From positions 5,146,001 to 5,210,000 of the forward strand of contig NC_043008.1 in the NCBI RefSeq assembly GCF_006345805.1: a stretch of DNA of 64,000 bases, read 5' to 3'. Origin of the DNA: Octopus sinensis. Taxonomy: Eukaryota. A model generated the notes under the pieces. The model had not been told where the DNA came from. It saw nothing but the letters and a program-made list of their open reading frames with translations, and did not search any database. Positions 12,640 to 25,214 of this stretch are shown piece after piece (the first letter of the stretch is position 1; every line of letters starts with the position of its first letter). Position numbers and translations under genes: made by a program.

Positions 12640-14345
12640 TCCATGCTGGCCCTCATTCATCAACTTAGCAGTCAACTCGATCGTCAGGTGTTTGGCAGAC
12701 GTTATCACAGTTTCGGCCCTTAAACACAACCATTCTGTCTGTTGACCGGGGTTTGGTGCCTTCCCAGTCAGACTGTCTCACTGACTGCTCTCTTCAAGGT
12801 GGTTGCTATCCATACTGATGCTCTTTCTGCAGCTTCTTGCAATCTCTTGACAGCTTCTCTCCACTCCTTTCCACTCAGATCAAACTGACACATAGACCAT
12901 CCAACGTACCCTCTGCACCCCACCTCCACTGCATACAACCACCGAGATTTCAAGTTATGTGCCTTGATCTTGTCAACCATCTCAGCCTTCTTAGCTTGCT
13001 TCATTTCCTCTGCCTCCCCAACACGGATCTCCCACAGCACCATCAGCTCTACAAACACCACCATCTTCACAGCTTGTGAGAAAAGAACAATGTCCAGTCA
13101 TAGTGTGGTTTGTCCTAGGGATTGTTCCACTGCCCCAACTGTCACCATCCATTGCCAGCACCCAATCGCTTGCCATGCTCAGCCAAGTTGCACACTTTTA
13201 TTTGGCAGCCCTTCTCATCATCAGTAAGGCACCGGCCGAAATGAAATTGATCCTTGGCGTTGGGGGCACAATTGCCAATTGGTTCCTGTCAATTGCATTC
13301 TGGTGGAATTATCCCATTCTGCTACAGTACTTGCAACACCTTCCACAGCTCCCAGAGCACTTTGTGGCAGTTCTTAAACAATTTGTATGACAAACTGTTC
13401 TGACCTGGTGCACTTCCAGCTCTCGCTTTCTTTACAAATTCTTGAACCTCTTTCATCGTGAGTTCTCTGATCGCAAAAGGAACCCTCGGTCCAGGTGGTC
13501 ATATTAGGTCATAACACTCTGGCAGTTCCTCATCCTTACAAGCAAGTATGTTTTGCGTAAATGCCCCTGCACGTCTTCTGCTGTCGCCCCCAACACTCCA
13601 GATTTTCCAGTTTCAAACGGACTCTGAGAAACGATAGGGGTTTCTAAAGAACACCTTCCAGGCTCATTCTCTTGCTTTTCACTTCTGCACGATGTCATTT
13701 CTTCGCATCATTCATTAGCTGTCTCAGGCTTTGACATTTCTCCTCTGTCGCTGCTTTCTTCCACCTCTTCTTCATGTGTTGTTTCCAGATTTGTTCAATC
13801 GCTTTTTGCTGCCTTGACAGGTGTTTCTGTGGGACTAGCAGACATGGCAGTGCCTGCTCTTCTGTGCTAAACTGTTCAGTACATGTGTAGCAAATCTTGA
13901 TCAAGAGCTGCAGTTTTCTTGAAGCTGTCCTCTGCAGCATACAACTGATCGTTGTACTTAGGTCTTCATTAAGTTGGTTCCAGCTTGCCTTGTTCTCACT
14001 CTTTGGCCAATGTATCCTCGGCTGCCTTACAAGTTGCACATCCTCCACTAAAGTTTTACAGGCACTGTGGTTTGCATCTGGTCCAGAATTTTCATCTGAT
14101 TTATCTGTTGATTCCTCGACAGGATGGTGTGAAGTCACAGCAACTGGCTCACTCACCACATCAACCATCTCTGGCTCTTGTCCAACTGACCATTTGGTCT
14201 GCATTGATGTACTACGACATTGTGTTTTGGTCTGATGAATTTTCACTCCTTTTACTACTTTAAATGATTTCTTGCAATTTTGGCATTTGATAAGCCAAAG
14301 ACGGCCCTTTCCGAAAATGGGAGCCAGTCACCTACCCAACCTGGC
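12640..14345 (-). mobile_element. Hero/R2-like non-LTR element with restriction-like endonuclease, RT deleted
   Basis: N-terminal C-x2-C-x12-H-x5-C finger (KCQNCKKSFKVVKGVKIHQTKTQC, about 14220-14290), KARAGSAPG RT entry (about 13400), and RLE tail VFVELMVLWE..AVEVGCRG..AAERASVW (12768-13070). Confidence 0.8.
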
Positions 14346-14552
14346 TCAAGGTGGAAAGATGGTTGCGGCAAGTTGGTAGCCTCTCATGGCATCCATGCTG
14401 GTTAGGTGGGTGCACAGCAACCACTGGAGGTAAAGACCCCTCCCGCTGTAGCTGTAGAATCTTGGGGCATGTCTTAAAATTCCACACTGAGACTTGCTTA
14501 TAACTGGTATCCCTGGTGATGAGGGTGGGCTTCCCTGATCTCTGGCCTTTCA

Positions 14553-15465
14553 ATATATATATATTGCAGAATTGGAGAAGTTCAAGGTTTGAAAGTAAAA
14601 CCTTGAATCAGAGGGCCTTAAAGTTAAGTTAGCTAAGACTAAAGTTGTTATTCGGAAGAAAGGAGATAAGACTCTCATTCTGGCTGGCAAATGGCCCTGT
14701 TCAATATATAGGAAAGGAGTGGGATGTAATTCCATTCGCTGTACCAAGTGTAAGTTATGGACGCATAAGAGATGCAGTGGAATCATGGGAAGGTCACTTT
14801 TGTGTGTGACAGATGCACAGGAACAGTAAGTACTAAGAGCACGAGGGTCTTAAACTCTCTCAGATGCCCTGGAGGCTCTCTTGAGGTTGTAGATAGTTTC
14901 TGTTATTTAGGTGACCAAATTAGTAATGGTAGTGGATGCTCTGAAAGAGTTGTTTCTAGAATAAGAACAGGGTGGAGGAAGTTCAGAGAACTACTACCTC
15001 TGTTGGCAGCAAAACGGCTCTTTCTCAGGGTGGAAGGTAGATTGTATGATGCTTGTGTGAAAATGGCTGAGTTACATGGTGGTGAGACATGGGCTCTGAT
15101 GGCGGAGGACATTTGAAAGCTGGAGAAGAATGAAGGTAGCAGGCTCCATTCAATTTGCAGCATCAGTGTGCCTGACCGAAAAAGCACAACTGTGTTGAGA
15201 GAAAAGTTAGGCATAAGAGGGATTAAATGTGGTCTGCAGGAGAGGAGACTGCATTGGTTTGGACATGGGATGTGTATGAGTGAAGACAATTGTATACAGA
15301 AGTGGCTGTCACCGAAAGTGGATGATATCTGTGGAAAAGGGAGACCCAGGAAGACATGGGATGAAGTGGTGAGGACTGATCTTAGGATGTTGGGTCTCAA
15401 GGAAGAAATGACAATGGACTGAGATGTTTGGAGATATGAAGTTCTAGAAAAGACCTATCCATGAA
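14553..15465 (+). mobile_element. 5'-truncated RTE LINE copy of the PHD-bearing family
   Basis: Frameshifted translation LAKTKV..WPCSIYRKGVGCNSIRCTKCKLWTHKRC..FVCDRC..LEVVDSFCYLGD..GRPRKTWDEVV, matching the protein at 47580-49481. Confidence 0.9.
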
Positions 15466-16484
15466 ACTGAGTGCGAGAAGAGTTGTGCCCCACCCACATC
15501 GAACAACACACTTTTTTTTACCCATTCTATCCTAAGCAATCAAACTAAAACTCCTCTTCTCACTGCGTCTTTCTCTTCCTCATAAATCATGATTGTTTTC
15601 CAATCCCCTTTCTTGCCCTCACTGCCCTGCTGCTCCCCACACCCACACCCTATTTTTCTAACCAGGTTCTATGCTCATATTCTTGTTACTTGTGAGTACA
15701 CCCTAGCACTACACCATCTCTCTTCTGCTCTCTCTCTCACACACTTTTGCTGTTTCTTACTCTTTCCCTTTGCTCACTCTCTCTCCAACTAATCTGAATT
15801 GTTGACAATCTCTACTAATCCCTATCTGCTGACCTAACAACTACTCATTCTTGATATGATCTGGATGATTGTCTGTGATTGCTCCTCATCCACACAGTCA
15901 CATCAGGGAAATCCAGTTAATATCTGTCAAACAGCTGGAAGTTTCTGAGATGGTTTTTGAGGCATTTGTACCCCGCCCCTTCTGCTATGCATCTGGCCCA
16001 CACAGTTGTTTTGTGTGTCCTAAACACAATTCCAGTCCACCCCTACCACCACCATCAGTACTAAAGTATGAGACATCTCCAGGAATGTTTCTAGACACTT
16101 GAAGAAATTTGGTTTTCCAGCCCCTGTTGGGGTATAAACAGCCAGCAGTCTTTGCTGTTGTTCATGACCTGGACCACCAACCTGCCATCTGGGTCCGAAC
16201 AGATTCTCTCTTCTTTCGGCTCTAAGGATTTTTAGAATAGCACTGCTACCCTGCTTCCCAATCCCAACAAACCACAAGATGAGAATATCTCATAGTCGTC
16301 AAAGATGAGTGCTAGCATATGCTCTCTCCAGAAATCCTCGTCATGCTGATTTCTACCACATCTATGTTGAGCAAGTAGACTTGCTTTCAAACGGAACCCA
16401 GGTCTGAAGCATTTCCGCAGTCTACACTAATTAAAATCGTTTAGGTTAGAGGAAATAAAATGAAGAGACTACTTACCTTGGTCT

Positions 16485-16760
16485 TCATGGATGGCTGTTG
16501 AGATAGCTTTCTTTTTCAGTGAGAGGTGGGTGGGTAAGATTACTCAGGTTTTTTAAAATTTTTTTTGAGAGGTACTTACTAAACCCTCTGATGTATTTGG
16601 GGAATTTCTCTTTTAAGTTCAGATAGATATTCATTTTGATTTGTTTCAGATTTATGTCCGAGGGTGTTTTCAAGAGGAGTTCTTCCTCAATCAGTCCAAT
16701 GTTGCTTTTCTGAACAACCATAAAGTTGATAAAAGAGGTATGTACATGAATGTGGAGCTG
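16485..16760 (-). mobile_element. Probable Penelope-like RT fragment
   Basis: FINFMVVQKSNIGLIEEELLLK resembles the PLE FxxFDIxxFYPSIxEELL motif. Weak. Confidence 0.4.
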
Positions 16761-16899
16761 TTGGTCATGATGTTTGTGTTTGTGTTTGTTTCTGTGACTT
16801 TTTATTAATTTTGTGAAAGTGGTTTTAAAAGTTGGTTTTCTTGCTGTGATGAAGGTGTTGATGTTTTTGGTATTTAATTTTGTGATGGATTTTCTCTAT

Positions 16900-19800
16900 T
16901 CCCATCATATCTGAAGGCCATCAATTCGAGCCAACCTCTGAGTCTTCCTCTTATCTCTGACAAAAGCCTTTTGGTGCAGTTTCAATAAACCTTCATCTCC
17001 TAATGAGGTCTTTGCTTTTGTGACACCTGAGTTAGCGAAAAGAGGCAGATGTGAGCTAGTTTTAGTTTTCTTACCTGGGTACTGTATGAATGCGTGCATG
17101 ATGGTTTCATCGGCCTGCACGCATCTTGGCTGATGGCACTTCTGTACCTGTAGCATTTATCTGGAACATGCAAGGTTCCTCAGTAGCAGTGCTAGGCCAG
17201 GGATTTCTGGAAGCTATCCATTGGTCCCAGTTCAAAAGTTATCTGGAAGAGATCAGCTAGCTGATAATCTCTGACATCCAAAGTCTCCCCAAGAACACCG
17301 TTGCACCTTCCCTCCACTAATCTTCTACAGAACACTAAAGTAGACTTTCCACCTATCACAATGTTTGACAGGCTGAGGATTGTGAGCACTTGAAGACATT
17401 CTACTTTCCAAATGCCTTCTCTTGGTCTCTTTTTGACCAAGACTGCAGCTTTGTTGAAGAAACCAACTGGGGAAAAAACATGTCCGGTGAACTGTGACCA
17501 CACCTGTTCTCTGTCAAGGAAGCATTGGAGATGTAGCCTTAGTGCATGTTTGTACATCATCAGCCACAGCATGCCCACTTTACCACACAGTGGATGTTGA
17601 TAGCAGATAGATTACCTGGCCATCAGGACATGTCCTTTTCACAAGAAGCGATAGAGTATACAATCCAGTGTATTGAGACAGGGACAAGGCACAGTAGTCA
17701 AGCTGTAGAAGAGGACAAATGTGATGTACATATTAGCTACCTCTGCACGACCTTTCAGCGATAGATTCCTTTTGGCCTATTTCTGGGTGAGAGTAGTAAC
17801 TCTGTGCATTACGTCATCCTAGTTTTTGTCTATCTGGATATCCAAACCAAACCCCAAGCAGTTTAACCATTTCGTCCGTCCAGCATGAACAACACAGTTG
17901 GGCAGCATGGACTTGCTTTTCCAGGTGCCAAGCTGAAATCCCACCAACTTTTCATGGTTAATCTTTGCTTCTGATACTACCTCATGGTCACTGAGAGCAG
18001 TGCCAATCATCCCAATGTCTGGTGAACTGTGACACCACGACAGTGATATCGTCGGTATATACCACTATGGATCTCACACATCCTAGATCCTACAGGATGT
18101 CCCTCAATGTTTCCAGCTTGTGTAGTATTGGTTTATAGTGTGCTACTAAAGTAATAGGTAAACAATGTGAAAAGTTAATGTTACAGTAAAAATGCAATGT
18201 AAAAGGTCCAATTCATGTGCTTTAGTGAAGCAGGAGAAATAACATCAGAAGGCAATTTAAAAAGAAACATTGTAATTTATTTAGTGAAGAACAAGTACTG
18301 ACAAGTAGCGAGATATGTGGCCTGTAAGTGTATGTGTAAGTCAGGGTTTGAATGAATGAATTCAATAGTAGTAAGCTGTGATGAGCTAGCGGTTGGAAAT
18401 AATAATAAGCTAGTAGTTGGAAGTAATTACGAGTTAGCAGGAACAAGAATGAACTCCTCGTGATATTGATAGCATTGTGTTGAAATGGACAGACAGTAAG
18501 ATGACTTGCAAAGCGAATTTGATGTAAACACAATAGGATGTCTGTGATGTGGTCTGTGTGGTGAGTTTTATATAATCAAGAAGGTTGTGATTCTAAGCCA
18601 GTGCGAGAAACAAGGAGCTGTTCATAATGAAGAAGTGGTGTTAGTCATCCTGTGTCCTTCCACTGACTGTTGAGAATAGATGTTACTTGCATTGAAGTCT
18701 GCTGCTAATTAACTAAAGACATGATTACTGCTGCACGGGTGCCTGCTGTTTTTCTTAATACAAGGCAAGCTTTGATTAGCTGAAGTTGCCATGGTATAAC
18801 CGTGTTAATACATGACAACAAACTATGGCTCCCTGACTTACTACAGGTTTGAGAGTCAGTATATACAAGGACAAGACAGGGCAACCTTGGCGGACTAAGC
18901 TCATGATGTTGAATGGTTCTGAGAGGTGACCATTCACTCTGACCACTGAACAGATGTTGCTGTGCATGGCTGTGACCCCACCCCTGAAAACAGATTCAAA
19001 ACTGACTGCCTTTGAACCCTATAGGTGCTTTAGATTGATCTGAATTGATCAGGACCCTAACCCATGCCTGGTTATTTAGCTACTTTTTCTATATGTCATA
19101 TGAAAGGGAGGTTATCATTGATGGATCTTTTTATGATGGCACACATCTCCACCTCCCAACCTGACCACCAACGACAAATGCCAACATTACAGCTAACACC
19201 TTAGCCAAAATTTTGAATTCTGCATTTAGAAGAGTTAAGGGCATAAAGTTCTCAATATAGTCCTCTCTGTTTGGGTTTTTTCTCCACAATGCCAATGCTC
19301 CTTAGCTCACAAAACTGAGAATTCTTCCATTCTGTTGCCAATTGCAGTAAACATTTGCCAAAAGGTCACCGAAAAAGTCTGGCATGTAAACGTAAAGCTT
19401 GTGGGGCAGACCATCCAAACCAGGGGATTGACCCATTGTGCAGCTGGTCATTGCCTCCTGTATTTCAGGATCTGTCATCAGCCTTTCACAACACTTTGCC
19501 TCCATCGCCAAGTGAAGGAAGTTAAGTCCATCCTGTGATCTGACTCACCACTACTCCTGAACGGTTGAGTGAAGTTCTATTGAAAAGTTGCACACATCTG
19601 TTTGGGTTCGATTAACATGTGCCCATCATAGTTTGGTAAAGATTGGATTGTGGATTTCTTACCATGTCGTGCTTCTGCCACTTGGGCCCATTGAATAGCT
19701 TTTGTCCCTTCATGTGTAAGAGTACATGCCTTAGCTCTGTCAACACAGCCTTTGTGTTTTGCATTGAAGAATTAGTTGATTCTGAATCTAATTGTGAGCA

Positions 19801-20150
19801 TGTCAGTCATGATGCCTTTTCTAAAAACCTTATCTAACTTCCTGTCTATCTCTACCTCTACTCTGATTCTTTCTACTGACAGTCCTTTGCTAAACCCTAT
19901 CAATTCTACTCTTATTGCCCTTTTCAATGCAAACCACCATATATTGTTGATGATTACTCCCATCAATGCTCCGCTGGTTTCTGAAATCTTTGCAGCTTCT
20001 AGTAACCGAGTCCCTTGTCTATGTAGGTTATCTAAGTCAGCTGTGCAGATCGTAATCAGAGTATTGGTTCATGACTGCAATCAGTTAAATGTCTCCAGTA
20101 ATTTTAGCTCAAATTTTGTCAAGAAGTTAGCATAATTAACTACCACAGGG
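16900..20150 (-). mobile_element. L1/Tx1-clade LINE ORF2 remnant, fragmented
   Basis: Ordered pieces: SPGLDGLP (19302-19511), VRVNGHLSEPF..VRQGCP (18776-18967), KINHEKLVG..LGTW (17819-18010), and C-terminal PRC..DETIMHAF knuckle remnant (16905-17156). Confidence 0.8.
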
Positions 20151-20316
20151 GTATCCATGGCAACTTCATCTGGTGGTAAAAAGTTTTGTTGAAATTTCAT
20201 TGTGTTGTTTTAACTTCAGTAGAAATCAGATGGAATGCATTTGTTGGACCATTTTCCAAAAGCATCCATGCTTGGGGCAGTGGGTAGAAAGCCATTTAGC
20301 CACTCCATAAGTTAAG

Positions 20317-20649
20317 TCAGCCTACAAATTGGTAGCAGCGAAAGAAAATTTTCAAAATTTTTATGCATTTTTGGAAGGCCATAATATACAAGTGCTGTTT
20401 CTTTTTTGTTTGCTGTGTTTTAGATTCAGTGTCATTTATAAAATTTTTCTCCATTTCCAAAATCACCTTGTTAAGTTCTTTTTTTTGTAAATTGGGGTTT
20501 GGATCAGTATCTAATTTTTCATAAAAAGTTTTGTCACTTAAAGATTCTTCAGAAAATGGAATGTCCATATTTTGGTTCACCACTATGATTGCTTGGTTTT
20601 TGGCTTTTCTTCCCTCACTCTGGTTCTTTGCAATAGCTCCATCCCACAC
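20317..20649 (-). mobile_element. Penelope-like element N-terminal RT-region fragment
   Basis: IIVVNQ..LSDKTFYEKLDTDPN matches the PLE VVM..LSD..TY.KL..DP pattern. Confidence 0.6.
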
Positions 20650-22499
20650 TCCACTTCAATATTCTCGATCCATTTTGCAGTCTTGTCTTTCACTGTCCTT
20701 ACTGCTCATACAATTACTGGTGTGATTGTTACTTTCTTCATTTTCATTTTCCACATCCTAACCTTCTTTATTTTCTATTTGTGTCAAATAGCCATGACAG
20801 GCTATAAGGGGACATGTCTTATAAATTTTGTCAACAACTGTAATGTCTGTTTGTGCAAGAAAATGCCACAAATTTCACCAACACTCTGATTCAAAGATTC
20901 TCTCAGATTGGTCTTCATACCCTTTCCCATGTTCAAATATCATCTCTGGTAAAGTTTCCAATATATAACTCTACTAACTTGATCATGTTACCACTTCTTG
21001 TATACTTTCTGTACAAGCCTCAGCTATTCACAAACTAAATGTGCCACCATCTCCTCATATATACCACATAATCTACACAGAGGAAGCATTGCTTCTCCAA
21101 ACACATGCCTGCTCTTGGCATTTGTTGTAATAGATTGGGCTTTAGCAGCCATTTGGGACTCTGTTTTTTTCTCTCTGATCCAGTTTTAAGGATTCTCTCC
21201 TCTTTCTGTTGGCTTCCAAAACTGACCTATTTCTATTTTTCTCTTGATGCCTGTTAATTATTTAATGGTATACTCAAATGTATTGCATTTAGAGTCTGTC
21301 CTTGATGCTAGCTCTCAACTAGTTTCTTTAGACATTGACGATCCTTCAAACAATTGTTGATTAGCAAAAGATTTCTGTATTAATACAATTCTTGTAGATA
21401 CTTGAATATCATGTCGGAAACTACATAGTTTGTTGGTAATCATACCTGGAGTACCAATAATTACTGAATTACTTTTGCAGAAACGCTCCACAGTCTTTGA
21501 ATTTCCCTAAGTCTTATTAGTTTCCTATTTCTTTTTTCCTGTTCTTTAATCATATTAGCAATGAATGCAAATTTAAAACATGATGACCAGTTACATCATT
21601 CTTTTATTACATCTTAATGTGGTACTTAATGATAAATGAATCTATCAGCCAGTTGTAACAAACTTAAGTTTAGCCACACATCTTGTTAATGTTTGGTTTT
21701 GTCATAGAATCATTGGAAAGTTTTGCAGGCTGTGCACAAGGGTTTGAAAATAGACTTGTTAGTATGTCGAGTGTTTGCATTACTCAGGAATATCTTAAAT
21801 TATAAAGCAGCAATTGTGGCTCTAAGAGACAGTATTTCTTGAGATTATTCAATAATGAAATATAGTGGGGTTCAGCAGAATGTGGAGAAACAAAAAGAAA
21901 TCAATTGAAATATGTTTTGTTTTTAATGTTTATCTGAATTTTCTTGTAATAGATCCTAGATGACCACTCTAGAATTGAGCATTTAAATACACTCAATCAA
22001 AAACAGAACAAAATATGTCTACTAATTCATCTTTCATGTTTTCTATGAGAAAATAAAACCAATTCTAATGTCAGAAAGTGAACATTATTAACCTTCTGCA
22101 TCAATTTCTTATTGTAGCAATTTAGGGCTCCATTTCACAGAATAAACTGTGATGTGTCCTGTTAGGCAAAGCATGTTTAACCCTTTTGATACCCACCTAC
22201 ATGCAACCACCCTTGTTTCTATCATACAAATTCTGTTTTTAAGTCATCTAAAAACTTTCCATAAAAATTCCATATTGATTCATGTTCTAATCACAGCTTA
22301 GTAACGAGTTCTTTTACTAGATTCTTTATTACTTTCAAAATTAATTGAAACCAAAACCGTCCATGCTGACAGAAATGCAGCAACAACATAATTCAAAGCA
22401 TTACTTCTCCATTTCATGGTTGTATTTATCATGGATTCATCTATAACTTCTCACTCTCAATTTTTTTGGCTGTCTTAATTGTCAGCCTCATAGTAGTCA

Positions 22500-23040
22500 A
22501 ATCAAATTCGATGACTGGTGTCTGTGCTAGCAGTGTGCAAAGAGCACCATACAAGCGCGATCATTGACAGAGTGGCTAACCAGCTTCCGTGCCAGTGGCA
22601 CTTAAAAGGCACCATTCAAACGTGATCGCTACCAGCTTTGCATTACTGGCACTTGAGCCCCATGCTAGTAGAGTATTAAGAGCACTATCTGAGCACGATC
22701 ATTGCCAGAGTGGCTATCTGGCCTCCGTGCCGGTGGCACGTAAAAGACACCATTCGAGCGTGATCGTTACCAATGTCACCTTACTGGCACCTGTGCCGGT
22801 GGCATGTGTAAAAGATTTGAGCGAGGTTGTTGCCAGTACCGCCTGACTGGCCCCGTGCCGTGGCACGTAAAAAGCACCCACTACACTCTTGGAGTGGTTG
22901 GCGTTAGGAAGGGCATCCAGCTGTAGAAACTGCGAAATCAAGATTGAGGCCTGGTGCAGCCATCTGGTTTGCCAGCCTTCAGTCAAAATCGTCCAACCCA
23001 TGCTAGCATGGAAAGTGGACGTTAAACGATGATGATGATG
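22500..23040 (+). mobile_element. RTE LINE 3' end (or SINE sharing it) with a 10-bp target-site duplication
   Basis: Conserved tail GGCGTTAGGAAGGGCATCCAGCTGTAGAAA..CCCATGCTAGCATGGAAAG..(GAT)n. Flanked by ATAGTAGTCA at 22490-22499 and 23041-23050. Confidence 0.9.
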
Positions 23041-23682
23041 ATAGTAGTCATCAGGTTCAAACATCCCGTTGACTTACCCAACTAGATATGGCTGTTGTAG
23101 ACTGTCGCTGAATACATCAGAGGTCAAAGAAACACAGAACAAGACCAAGCTTTATCTTTTTAATGGAATTGGTAAAACCATGTGAAATTCTTCCATTTTT
23201 AAAAAAAAAGTTGTTCAGATTCCTCTGGAAATTATTGTTTACAGTGTAGACAATTCTCCTCTTATAAACTATTGGTGCAAGTAGTGACCTACTCTTATGT
23301 ACTGTTAGTGTGGTCTTTATAGTGGCCAACTCTTCTTATGAACTATTGGTGGGCTCTATGTGGTTAACATAGTAGCCATCTCTTCTGTTTATTGTGTAAA
23401 CAACTTTAATGAAAATTAAAAAAATTGAACAACTTCTTAAATCTGAATTATATTTCGTTTTGGGATTTGGTTTGCAAGATTTTTTATATGAGTTCGTGTG
23501 TTGAAGCATATTCTGTTGTGTCTGGGGAGAGTCATTTTCTTTTTGTGCCTTATTATGTAACACACTCACTGGTAAAATTTCCACTTTTTTCTTATTTTTA
23601 TTGTCCTAAACATTTTCGTTGCATCTTGCAACCTTTTCAATAGTTTTGACTCTGTCCGTTATTTACACCGAGTTCCCTTTTG

Positions 23683-23830
23683 TTTGTGTGTGTGTGCCCA
23701 TGCATGCATGTACGTATGTATGTATGTGTGTGTTTGCATGTGTATGTATGTATATATGTGTGTGTATGCATATGTATGTATGTGTGTGCACCTGTATGTA
23801 CGTATCCTGCACATTTATGTGCTTGCATGT
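23683..23830. repeat. Compound (TG)n/(TATG)n microsatellite
   Basis: Directly visible. Confidence 0.9.
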
Positions 23831-24318
23831 CCGTGTTTGTGTATTTTCTATGAAATAAGTGGAAATTTTGCCGGTGAGTGTGTTACATTGTAAGGCACAA
23901 AAACAAAATGACTCTCCCCAGACACAACAGAATTAATCTGAATTGTTTTCTTTTTATACATTTAAAATCTGTTTGTGTAAAAACAATGGTGGCATTTACC
24001 ATATTCTTATTTTTTTCATTACTGTCTTTACCTTTTTGTTTTATATATTTTCCTGTTCTGATAACTTGTCCTTTTTACCATTCTGTCTTTAATTCCCATC
24101 TTTTTTTGTACTTGTTTCATTCTGTCCTTCATGTTTGCTCATATCCTAGCAGTAATTTGTTATTAATGCCACCAAATTAAACAGTATTATCCATAAAGTG
24201 TCAAAATAATGATGATCTTTGGTCAGTAACTGATGAGGGGTGAGCATGCCCATGTCCTTTGTGTGTTTTTTCTGTTTTCATATGTTCCTTCTTTTTCCCC
24301 CCAAATCATGTTTTAATA

Positions 24319-24365
<47 letters not shown>

Positions 24366-24371
24366 ATATAT

Positions 24372-24669
24372 ATATATAAATTGACAGAATGAGATAAAAA
24401 ATATCCAAGGCTGTGAATAGTTTTCAGAACATTTATAAAGTAAAGGTCTTACAGCTGTTTCCGGGACATTTTATATATCCCTTCATCAGAGACGGTGCAA
24501 GAAAATGTTTGAGTATTAATCATTGTACTCAAACATTTTCTCGCACCGTCTCTGATGAAGGGATATATAAAATGTCCCGGAAACAGCTGTAAGACCTTTA
24601 CTTTATAAATGTTCTGAAAACTATTCACAGCCTTGGATATTTTTTATCTTATTCTGTCAATTTATATAT
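24372..24669. repeat. Near-perfect palindrome, 144-bp arms with 10-nt loop, each arm carrying a hammerhead motif
   Basis: Arms 24372-24515 and 24526-24669, with two mismatches seen. Confidence 0.97.
24548..24595 (+). ncRNA. Minimal type I hammerhead ribozyme motif (PLE type); mirror copy on the minus strand in the left arm
   Basis: GTCT-CTGATGA-A-GGGATAT ATAAA ATGTCCC-G-GAAA-CAGCTG-TA-AGAC. Stem I is GTCT/AGAC, stem III is palindromic, and the predicted cleavage is after GUA at 24591. Confidence 0.75.
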
Positions 24670-25214
24670 GCATGCTAATATATGGCCCACGTTGGACTTC
24701 TCATTTGTATCATTATCAAACCTGGAGCTTAACCATGGTCTATCCATAGCAATTACTTGGCATTTCCCGACACCTTTTGAGTTTACTTGACACCAATTAA
24801 TCATGCAGTATCTTATAGCTTTAAGATTTTGACGATGTGTTTATTTTTAGAATGACATTATAGGGAAGGTATGACAAGCTAGATCTGGACAGTTTGACCA
24901 TAAGAGGGGTAGAATATTTGATTTGGATATTGCCTGTTGAAATGCTGAAATGTGAAGTGTCTCTTACTATAACGTCAGGTCTACCAAAGTTTTATGAGTG
25001 AAATTTGGTCAACAGAAACTATGTGGATAGCGACCGGAGACGGTATTCTTGTTGTTGGGTAATGACTAAAACCTGTTGTTCAGTTTAATACCATCAGGTT
25101 GGGTCTTGAAATGCTTTCAACAGAAGCATTTAGGTCAGGTGTATGGTTTGAGGTAAAGGCATTCCCTACTTCCCAATGATCTCAAAAATCTTGGAATTGA
25201 TCATTGAGTGCTTG

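Noticed and set aside
21280-21450. Exon-like stretch GMITNKLCSFRH.. on the minus strand
   Set aside because: No recognisable homology, weak acceptor context, and not needed to complete the kinase.
23060-23600. Possible decayed GIY-YIG/PLE 3' end with a CTGATGA at about 23055
   Set aside because: Only faint motif similarity (VVYTI..). After removing the RTE insertion no GAAA/stem III could be completed, so no ribozyme is called.
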